A stretch of DNA of 10,316 nt, taken from the NCBI GenBank assembly GCA_038207085.1, contig JBBRAE010000057.1, positions 1 through 10,316 on the forward strand, in the 5' to 3' direction. Positions 1-7,900 of this stretch are shown here, piece by piece (within the stretch, counting starts at the first letter, position 1; the number at the start of each line of letters is the position of its first letter). Both the position numbers and the translations under genes were made by a program. The stretch is from Armatimonadota bacterium. Its GTDB lineage: Bacteria; Armatimonadota; UBA5829; DTLH01. A model generated the notes under the pieces. It ran no database searches. It saw only the letters and a program-made list of their open reading frames with translations, and was not told the origin of the DNA.

Positions 1-1473
1 CCGACAGAGGCGGCATTCGTCGTCGCGGCAGCTCGCGCGGGACTTCGTAAGCCGGAGTTGGACGACAGATGCAGGAGGGTATCGGAGATTCCGTTCGACT
101 CCGTGACAGGTTACATGGCCACTTTGCATAAGTGTGAGGACGGAATGGTTGCGTACATTAAAGGCATGCCGAAAGCGTTGCTGAAGCGGTCTTCGGCTGC
201 GTTGGTTGGCGGTCAGGAAGTTCCCATGGATGATGGGATGCGCAGGGAGCTTGAGGATGCTAACACGGCAATGGCCGGGCGGGCGCTGAGGGTGCTGGCG
301 GTTGCCTATAAGAAGATGGCGGACGACAAAGCGGACCTTGCGGTGGAGGATGTGGAACAGGGGTTGGTCCATCTGGGTTTGGTGGGGATGATTGACCCGC
401 CTCGGCCCGAGGCCATTGAGGCCGTAGAGAGGTGCAGGCAGTCGGGAATACGCGTGATAATGGCGACGGGAGATAGCATTAGCACAGCGCGGGCCATTGC
501 CTCGGAATTCGGATTGATTCAAGATGACTCTCTGGCAGTGGACGGTGCCGAGTTGTCTGGCATGACAGACGAGGAGCTTAAGGAGAAGTTGCCCCGGATA
601 GCTGTGTTTGCGCGCGTGGAACCCGCCCAGAAGCTGAGGCTTGTGAATATCCTGCAGCAGATGGGTGAGGTAGTGGCTATGACCGGGGATGGGGTGAATG
701 ATGCACCGGCATTGAAGACGGCGGACATTGGGGTGGCAATGGGGGTTACGGGCACCGGCGTCGCAAAGGAAGCCGGAGATATGATTCTCGCGGACGACAA
801 CTTTGCCACAATAGTCGCGGCGGTGGAAGAAGGGCGAATTGTATTCGGCAGGATTCGGAAGGTGGTTTCTTACCTGGTTTCGACCAATGCGGGGGAGATC
901 GTTACTGTCGCGTTTGCGGTCGCCGTAGGCTGGCCGCTGCCGCTGACGGCGGTGCAGTTGCTATGGGTGAACCTCGTGACCGACAGCGCTCCGGGTCTGG
1001 CATTGGCAGCGGATCCGCCATCAATAGATGTATTATCTCAACCGCCACGCGATCCGCGCGAGAACGTGATTAATCGCGAGTCTATGCTGCGCTTGGCGAT
1101 TGTGGCTCCCGCGATGGCGGCGGCGACCCTGACCGCGTTCTTTCTGGGATTGGCGGATGGTCTGACCAAGGCGCAGACTATGGCATTTGTGACTTTGTCC
1201 ATCTCTCAGCTCTATAATGCGGTTAACGTAAGATCGCCACGGAAGTCTGTGTTTGCGATCTCGCCATTTGGTAACAAAGCGCTGTTGTGCGCCCTGGCAT
1301 TCGCCCTCGCTCTGCAGGCCCTGCCGGTGTATGTGCCCGCTCTCCGGGCGGCTTTTGGCACGACACCGCTGTCCGCATCGGACTGGGCTGTAGCACTCGG
1401 GCTGGGGAGCGTGGTCTTGTGGACCGAGGAGGCACGAAAGCTGGTGCTTAGAATGAGGCCGACCCAGGGATGA
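1..1473 (+). CDS. Cation-transporting P-type ATPase, P2A (Ca2+-ATPase-like), 5'-truncated by the window
   Basis: Frame is open from base 1 (PTEAAFVVAA, end of the GDPTE motif), so TTG 58 is not the start. Motifs present: IPFDS, KG(M)P, DPPR, MATGD, FARVEP, TGDGVNDAPALK, TM5 STNAGE, TM6 QLLWVNLVTD, then further hydrophobic helices. Stop TGA 1471-1473. Confidence 0.95.
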   Translation, partial: PTEAAFVVAAARAGLRKPELDDRCRRVSEIPFDSVTGYMATLHKCEDGMVAYIKGMPKALLKRSSAALVGGQEVPMDDGMRRELEDANTAMAGRALRVLAVAYKKMADDKADLAVEDVEQGLVHLGLVGMIDPPRPEAIEAVERCRQSGIRVIMATGDSISTARAIASEFGLIQDDSLAVDGAELSGMTDEELKEKLPRIAVFARVEPAQKLRLVNILQQMGEVVAMTGDGVNDAPALKTADIGVAMGVTGTGVAKEAGDMILADDNFATIVAAVEEGRIVFGRIRKVVSYLVSTNAGEIVTVAFAVAVGWPLPLTAVQLLWVNLVTDSAPGLALAADPPSIDVLSQPPRDPRENVINRESMLRLAIVAPAMAAATLTAFFLGLADGLTKAQTMAFVTLSISQLYNAVNVRSPRKSVFAISPFGNKALLCALAFALALQALPVYVPALRAAFGTTPLSASDWAVALGLGSVVLWTEEARKLVLRMRPTQG

Positions 1474-1478
1474 TAACC

Positions 1479-1503
1479 GTCACTGCTGGGTGCACCCGGT
1501 GAC
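1479..1503 (+). terminator. Possible hairpin just after the ATPase stop; weak terminator candidate
   Basis: GTCAC...GTGAC encloses CTGGG-TGCA-CCCGG. There is no convincing U-tract. Confidence 0.25.
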
Positions 1504-1641
1504 TTGATGCTCTACTCCTTTGTGCCCGTCGAAATAGGTCCAAAGGATCTTTGAGCACGGGTTGGGCGAACAGGTCCAGATGAGAATTGGGCAAACGTGT
1601 CAGCAGACCCATTAATCTGGTACACTCACTATCTGAATTGT

Positions 1642-1652
1642 TGTGGTATAAT
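1642..1652 (+). promoter_or_regulatory. Extended -10 sigma70-type promoter TGTGgTATAAT
   Basis: Perfect TATAAT at 1647-1652 preceded by TGTG-n, in an AT-rich patch. No recognisable -35. A 7-nt gap places the likely TSS on the A of ATG 1660. Confidence 0.7.
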
Positions 1653-1659
1653 GAAAACG

Positions 1660-1947
1660 ATGAGGATGGATGCTATCTCGATAACTCTTGTTTTTTGCCT
1701 GTTTGTGCTGGTCGTCGTGGGCATGCCGATTGTTGGTGATTGCCACGGCGACTGCACGGGTTGCGACCGCAATTGCAGTGAAGACTGCAGCGAATCCTGT
1801 TTTCACGTCTGCTCCCACGCCGTTATTCTCGGTAACAGCATCCCCGATTGCACACAAGGAAGCACCACCCACTCGATCAACGACGAGCAAGTTGTTGCCC
1901 ATACTCCAGTGTCCGGCGTTTTCCAACCCCCAGAAGCCATCGTCTAA
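1660..1947 (+). CDS. Small (95 aa) Cys/His-rich protein with N-terminal hydrophobic segment and C-terminal FQPP; CzcI/DUF2946-like putative metal-responsive leader
   Basis: MRMDAISITLVFCLFVLVVVGMPIVG hydrophobic N-terminus, then C-x3-C-x2-C-x3-C-x3-C-x3-C-x3-C (1741-1812), 5 His in total, and the ending GVFQPPEAIV*. It lies directly upstream of a metal RND operon. The start is chosen from promoter geometry; alternatives are 1651, 1666 or the track's GTG 1597. Confidence 0.75.
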   Translation: MRMDAISITLVFCLFVLVVVGMPIVGDCHGDCTGCDRNCSEDCSESCFHVCSHAVILGNSIPDCTQGSTTHSINDEQVVAHTPVSGVFQPPEAIV

Positions 1948-1987
1948 CCTGCATTATGCACGAGTAGCGTGAATAATGCTCTGTTAG
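1944..1987 (+). promoter_or_regulatory. Stem-loop H1 overlapping the leader stop codon
   Basis: CTAAC(1944-48)/GTTAG(1983-87), GCATTAT(1951-57)/ATAATGC(1973-79), CACG(1959-62)/CGTG(1968-71), loop AGTAG. Confidence 0.6.
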
Positions 1988-2027
1988 CGAAAGCTTTATT
2001 CGTGAAGCGAATAAAGCGTGCTAACCT
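1969..2027. repeat. 59-bp palindromic element, copy 1 (core GCTTTATTCG-tgaag-CGAATAAAGC at 1993-2017)
   Basis: Ungapped direct alignment to 8186-8244 gives 43/59 identities by hand count. The 25-bp core is the exact reverse complement of 8210-8234. Confidence 0.9.
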
Positions 2028-2111
2028 CACAACTGCGCAAACCGTGCGGGACGCTTTAACTCGCATGCCGTAAGCGACAATTATCCCTTGACCCTTTTTA
2101 GAGGTAAACAC

Positions 2112-3365
2112 ATGGCAATTACGCACGTCATCGCTAGATCGGCACTGACCCTCGTTCTTGCGGCGCTTGTCTCATCAATGGCTGCAGCCGAGGAACTGTC
2201 ACTGTCTCAGGTGATCAATATCACTATACAGAATAACCCTACCATTTCGGCTGGTCTGCTTGCTGCTCAGGCATCGCACAGCTCCGCCAAAGGCGCTCGG
2301 GCGCTTGCAAATCCTCAGTTTGAGGTTGCTCCAACTATCATAGGCGAGGCCGGAGCTGATGCAGCTATTCTCATATCCCAGCCTCTGGAGATCAATGGGT
2401 CCCGGAAAGCTCGGGGCAGAATTGCGGAGGAGCAGGCACGCGCTGCTTCCTATAAGGCCCAAGCTATTGCCCAAAAGCTCGTTCTTGAGGTCAAAGAGAC
2501 CTATTGGGACGTGGCGCTGGCTCAGGCGTTGGTTCAACAGAACCAAGACAACATAGAGTATCTGAACCAGTTACACGAGTTCACGAAGAAGCAGCTTGAT
2601 GTTGGGGCTGTTCCAGGATCCCAGTTCGTCAAGAGCGAGGTGGAGCTTGCGAGGGCTCGACAGCAGATGGCGCTGGCCGAGCTTGAGCTTGCGCAGTCGA
2701 AGTCCGCTCTTAACACTCTGATGAACCGTCCTACCGGTCAGGACTTCAAAGCGACTGACTCCCTGACCTATCGGGACTATGCAGTTTCGCTCACACCGAT
2801 GCTCCAGTCGGCCCAGGAGACGCGCCCGGATATCGCTGCGGCACAGTCTGAACTCGTTGCGGCGCGCGGTCGCACCAAGGCCGCGAAGCTTGTCCGAGTG
2901 CCGGACCTGTCGATTCAGGCAAGGCGAGGAAGCTTCGATGATTCTGACGACCAGGGGGTTGCCATAGGCGTCAATCTTCCCATCTTCGACTGGGGAAGCT
3001 CCAAGGCCGAGCAGAAAAGTGCGGCGGCCGCTGCGCAAGCTCAGGAGAAACTACTTGAGGCCGCGAGAATCGGGGCCGCTCTTGACGTTCGACAGGCCGT
3101 GGACGAGGTCAGTACCTTGGCGCAAATAGTCCGGAATTACGACAGCGGGATTATCGAGAAGTCCGAGCAACTTGCGCGGATGGCGCAAATCGGCTTCGAG
3201 AAGGGCGCAACGAGTTATCTTGAGGTGCTCGAAGCTCAGCGGACAGTGAGCGCTGCCAGAACAGATTATTTCACAGCCCTTGCCGACCACTCCAAGGCGC
3301 TTGCCAGACTTGAGTGGGCATCGGGGACTGATATCGCAAAGTTCGTGATGGAGGAAAAGAAGTGA
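2112..3365 (+). CDS. czcC: TolC/CzcC-family outer membrane efflux protein (417 aa)
   Basis: SD GAGGT 2101-2105 before ATG 2112. Signal peptide ending AAA|EELSL. Two outer-membrane-efflux repeats (NP..ISQPLE; RPDI..GVNLPIFDWG..GATSYLEVLEAQR). First gene of an OMF-MFP-RND operon. The symbol is family-level only. Confidence 0.92.
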   Translation: MAITHVIARSALTLVLAALVSSMAAAEELSLSQVINITIQNNPTISAGLLAAQASHSSAKGARALANPQFEVAPTIIGEAGADAAILISQPLEINGSRKARGRIAEEQARAASYKAQAIAQKLVLEVKETYWDVALAQALVQQNQDNIEYLNQLHEFTKKQLDVGAVPGSQFVKSEVELARARQQMALAELELAQSKSALNTLMNRPTGQDFKATDSLTYRDYAVSLTPMLQSAQETRPDIAAAQSELVAARGRTKAAKLVRVPDLSIQARRGSFDDSDDQGVAIGVNLPIFDWGSSKAEQKSAAAAAQAQEKLLEAARIGAALDVRQAVDEVSTLAQIVRNYDSGIIEKSEQLARMAQIGFEKGATSYLEVLEAQRTVSAARTDYFTALADHSKALARLEWASGTDIAKFVMEEKK

Positions 3366-4903
3366 AGACGAAAGCCCTGATACTCATCCTGCTCGCCGTT
3401 TTGGCCGGGGCGGGAGCCACATACACCGCCATGAAGGGACGACCCGCCTCGTCCGCGAAGGCCGAAGCCGGTCATTCGGGTAACGAATCAGAAGCGCCAG
3501 CGCTCGACTTAAGCGGCCTGAAAGTCGCTGTCGCCCAGGCCGGGGAGGGTTGGGAGAGCATTGAGGCCAACGGCAGGATAAGCATCCCGCCTGACGGGCT
3601 AGTGAAGGTCAGCCCAAGGATCGAGGGCAAGGTCGTCGCGGCCTACGGGACGGTCGGCGACAGCGTTCGGCGGGGCCAGACTCTCGCGGTCGTCTCAAGC
3701 GTGGAGCTTGCCGAGGCGCGGGCGGAATACAGACGCGTGCAGGCGAGGCTCTCGGCGGCCAGGAGAGCGTATGACCGTGAGGCGGAGATGGTGAAGCTCG
3801 GCGCGGTGAGTGAGCGACCCGTCGAAGAGGCCCGGACCGAGCACCTGTCAGCCCAGGGGAACCTCTCGGATGCGAGAAGTGAGCTTGCTCAGGCAAAGAG
3901 CGAGCTTGCGCAGGCCGAGGGCGAGCTTGCCCTGTGCAAGTCAAAGCTCGAACGCTCCCGCGAGCTCTACAAAGACCAGATTGTCTCCCGGCAGGATATC
4001 GAAACCGCCGAAGCCGAGTATAAGCGTGACTCCGCGGCAGTCGATGCAACTAAGGGCAAGGTACGCGCCGCTGAAGCAAGAATAGAGAAGATGAAGTCGC
4101 ACGCGGAGATCGCCGCAGGATACCTCGCCCGCGAGCAGAAGCTCTACAAAGGCAAAACGCTCGACGCGAGGTCGCTTCAGGTCGCGAAATCCGAAATCGA
4201 GGCCGCGCGGATCGATGTTCAGTCCGCCGCCGACAGGGTCAGGGTCCTTGGGGCCGATCCAGCAGGCTCGGGGGAGACCATTGCAGTCACAAGTCCCATA
4301 TCGGGCAGGATCATCTCCCGTGACACCAACATAGGACAGATGGCCACTCCTTCGGACCCGCTTTTTACAGTCGCAAACCAGGAACGGGTTTGGATCGAGG
4401 CCGACGTTCACGAGAAGGACCTCTCAAAGGTCCACCGAGGCCAGAAAGTCGAGATACGCGCCGGCGCTTACCCTGACTCAGTCTTTGCGGGACGCGTTGA
4501 CTCGATAGGCGATATGCTCTCCCCTGAATCTCGCACCGCCAAGGTGCGATGCGTTGTCACAAACGGTGACGGCCGCCTGCGCGCAGAGATGTCGGCGCGT
4601 GTCTCGCTTCTCATCGGCAGGCGAGGCCAGACTGTGCTTGTTCCCAGGGAAGCGATCTTGGACGACGCGGGTAAGAAAATTGTCTTCATCAAATGCGACG
4701 AGTGTCCTGAGGATGTGAAGGCCGGACGAAGCGTCTGCGGGGAGTTCGATAAGCTCGATGTCGAGATCGGTCCGACTCGGGGCTCAAAGATTGAGATAGT
4801 GAATGGCGTCAAGCCCGGAGCCGAAGTCATAACGTCCGGCGCGTTCCAGCTCAAAACCGCATTTGGCTCCGGCAAGCTCGAAGCCGGATGCACCGACCAC
4901 TAA
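3362..4903 (+). CDS. czcB: RND periplasmic adaptor (CzcB/CusB-like MFP), 513 aa, with an unusually long helical domain
   Basis: GTGA overlap with the czcC stop and an upstream GGAGGA. N-terminal anchor, lipoyl halves (VSPRIEGKV..VGDSVRRGQTL; SPISGRI..GQ..LFTVA), beta-barrel (VWIEADVHEKDL, ESRTAKVR), and C-terminal VPREAI...G..VITSG. Confidence 0.92.
   Translation: MKTKALILILLAVLAGAGATYTAMKGRPASSAKAEAGHSGNESEAPALDLSGLKVAVAQAGEGWESIEANGRISIPPDGLVKVSPRIEGKVVAAYGTVGDSVRRGQTLAVVSSVELAEARAEYRRVQARLSAARRAYDREAEMVKLGAVSERPVEEARTEHLSAQGNLSDARSELAQAKSELAQAEGELALCKSKLERSRELYKDQIVSRQDIETAEAEYKRDSAAVDATKGKVRAAEARIEKMKSHAEIAAGYLAREQKLYKGKTLDARSLQVAKSEIEAARIDVQSAADRVRVLGADPAGSGETIAVTSPISGRIISRDTNIGQMATPSDPLFTVANQERVWIEADVHEKDLSKVHRGQKVEIRAGAYPDSVFAGRVDSIGDMLSPESRTAKVRCVVTNGDGRLRAEMSARVSLLIGRRGQTVLVPREAILDDAGKKIVFIKCDECPEDVKAGRSVCGEFDKLDVEIGPTRGSKIEIVNGVKPGAEVITSGAFQLKTAFGSGKLEAGCTDH
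3878..3940 (+). repeat. Three imperfect 21-bp tandem repeats encoding heptads SELAQAK/SELAQAE/GELALCK
   Basis: agtgagcttgctcaggcaaag / agcgagcttgcgcaggccgag / ggcgagcttgccctgtgcaag. Confidence 0.75.
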
Positions 4904-4913
4904 GGAGGCCGAT

Positions 4914-7900
4914 ATGGACCAGACACACCACAGTCTGATAGACCGGGTGATCCACACCTCATTCAGGCACAAAGCGATAGTCGTGATGCTCGTCGCGCTC
5001 GCGCTGGTTTTCGGCGTCTCGGCCTACCAGCGGATGCCACGAAACGTCTACCCGGATATTACTATCCCCGTGTTCACCATAGTCACCGAAAACGAGGCGA
5101 TGGCTCCCGAAGAAGTCGAGATGATGATCACCCGACCCATGGAGTCGGCGATGAACGGCCTGCCGGGAGTGCGCAGAATCCGTTCACAGACGAGCCAGGG
5201 GCTTTCATCGGTTGTAGTCGAGTTCGACATCGAGACCGAGTTCTGGCGGGCCCGCCAGTTCGTCACCGAGCGAATGAGCCAGGTCGCGGCGCAGCTTCCG
5301 CCGGGAACCGAGCCACCGACCTTGAGCAGTGCGACCACGCGTCTTGCCGAGGTCTACGAGCTTGCGATAGAGGGCGACCTGCCGCTGACCGAGCTTCGTG
5401 AAATTGCCGAATGGCAAGTGCGCTACAATCTCCTCACCGTCCCAGGCGTCGCCGAAGTGCTCAATATGGGTGGCTATCTGCGTCAGTACAGGGTCACGAT
5501 CGACCCAACGAGACTTCACGCATATAAAGTAAAGCTCGCAGAGGTCGAGGAGGCCGTAAAGGGGGGTAACGAGAACGCAGCCGGCGGGTTCGTCAGCACC
5601 GGCCCGACCGAATACATCGTCCGGGGGATCGGCAGACTCGACTCCGTGGAGGACATCGGTGGCACCATGGTCTCCGAGCGTGGCGGGGTGCCGATATTCC
5701 TGCGTGACCTCGCACGAGTCGAAGAGAGCACCGCCATCAGGCGCGGTGTAGCCACAAAGGACGGCAAAGAGGCCGTCGTCGCGCTCATCATCAAGCAGCC
5801 AGATGCCGACACCGTGCAGGTCGTCAAGGGTGTCGAGAAGGCCATAGAGGAGATGAAGACCACGCTTCCCAAGGGCGTGCGCCTCGTTCCCTACTACGAC
5901 CAGACCCACCTCATCGAGCACTCGCTATCAAGCGTCACCCGCGCGATACTCATCGGCGCGGTGCTCGTAATCGTCGTGCTTCTTCTTTTCCTGGGGCACT
6001 TCAGAAGCACGCTCATCGTCGCCGTGTCGCTTCCGCTCTCGGTCATCATCGCGGGCCTGGTAATGCGTGCGTTCGGCATAGGTCTCAACACAATGTCCCT
6101 TGGAGGACTCGCGATCGCGGTAGGCATCATGGTTGATGCTTCGATCATCATGGTCGAAAACATCTTCCACCGGTTCCACAAGAGCCAAGCTCAGATGGGG
6201 GACCCGCACGCGAAAGAACGCATCGCTCACAAGGCGGCGATTGAGGTCGGGCGGCCCATCGCCTTTGCGACGTTTATCATCATAGCCGTGTTCCTGCCGC
6301 TTTTCCTGATGGGAGGGATGGAAGGGCTACTGTTCCGTCCGCTTGCGGTGACCGTCTCAGCCGCGATGATCGTCGCGCTCGTGCTCTCTCTCACGCTGAC
6401 GCCGGTGCTCGCCAACCGGTTCCTCCGGCCCAAGGAGGGAGCGGAAGAGGAGGTAGCAGCGGTCAGATGGATAAAGCGGGCGTACATCCCAGCGCTCGAC
6501 GGGGCATTCAGACGTCCCTGGCTTACTCAAGGGATAGCCGTCGCGATCACAATCCCCGCACTCCTTGGGTTTCTCTTTGTCGGGAAGAACTTCATGCCCC
6601 GGCTCGATGAGGGTTCCTGGTTCATCTCAACGATGACCCCGCCGGAGACCTCCCTTGAGGAGAACCACCGCATCACGAGCCAGGTCGAGAAGATCCTGCT
6701 CGCGAACCCCAACATCGCGGACGTAGTTAAGCGAAACGGACGCTCCGAGCGGGCGATCGGCTGCGTGTTGCCAGTTAACGTAGGCGAGTTCTTCGTTAAT
6801 CTGAGGCCAAGAGGAGAGCTAACCAAGCCCGCCGATCAGGTGCTCACGGAAGTCCGTGAGAAGATAGAGCGAATTCCTGGTCTCGCCGCCGCGTTCACTC
6901 AGCCGCTCCAGAACAAGATAGACGAAAGCATGGAAGGCACTCCCGCGCCGCTTCAGGTGAAGCTATTCGGCCCGGACATCGGCGTGCTCGGAGAGAAGGG
7001 TAAGGAGATAGAGTCGGTCGTGCGAGGCGTGCGGGGAATCGCCGACGTGAAGATGGGAGAGGCCTCGGGGATCCCACAGCTCCAGGTCGAGATAGACCGC
7101 GAAGCTGCCGCACGCTACGGAGTCTCCGTCGCTGACGTATCGGAGATCGTGCGCCTGGCAATCGGCGGGGAGGAGCTCACGCAGGTCTGGAAGAACCAGC
7201 GAAGCTACGGAGTGTTCGTGCGGTTCCCGGATGAGATGCGCGGCGACCCAGAAGCCATCGGAAACATCCTCGTCGACACTCCATCCGGGGCATCAGTACC
7301 CTTGTCACAGGTTGCGAGTATCACGCTCACAGAAGGCCCGAACGTCATCTGGCGTGAGGCGATGAACAGGAGACTTAGCATCGACGCAAGCATCGAAGGT
7401 CGCGACCTCTCCGGCGTCGTCTCGGACATCAAGGAGGGACTGAAGAAGGTCGAGTTGCCCCCTGACTACTACGTGGTCTTCGGCGGACAGTTTCAGAACC
7501 AGCAGCGGGCGATGAAGTCGCTAGTGCTCGCGACGTTCGTCGCGCTGTTCGTCGTTTTCATGTTGCTCTTCCTCGCGCTTGGGAGAATGTCTGATGCGCT
7601 GATGATCCTTGGAACGCTTCCCTGCGCCTTCGTCGGCGGGGTGCTCGCGCTTCTTGTTACGGGTGAGACGCTGAACGTCTCCTCGGGTGTAGGGTTCATC
7701 GCGCTCTTTGGAATCGCCGTCCAAAACGGTCTCGTTCTTCTCACTCAGACGCGAGACTTGGAGACCCAGGGGCTTCCCACAGAGTCAGCCGTGCGCCAGG
7801 CGAGCATCGGGAGGCTTCGTCCGAAGCTGATGACCGCCTTCTGCGCCGCACTTGGGGTGATCCCGATTCTCGCAAGCTCGGGAGTCGGTGCGGAGATAGA

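Noticed and set aside
160..180. KGMPK instead of KGAPE in the ATPase N-domain as a sign of inactivation
   Set aside because: The key Lys-Gly is retained and the other visible catalytic motifs are intact, so there is not enough evidence.
1741..1812. Cx3C-rich RiPP (ranthipeptide/sactipeptide) precursor
   Set aside because: No radical SAM or other maturase nearby. The hydrophobic N-terminus and metal-efflux context fit a metal-binding leader better.
1942..1989. Integron attC site (GTCTAAC containing the ORF stop ... GTTAGCG)
   Set aside because: Only 48 bp, shorter than known attC sites. The right end does not fit GTTRRRY, there is no L-box spacing or extrahelical base pattern, and there is no cassette array or integrase.
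1993..2017. CRISPR repeat or XerCD dif site
   Set aside because: Only two copies 6.2 kb apart with no spacer array, and the sequence does not match the dif consensus or 11-6-11 layout.
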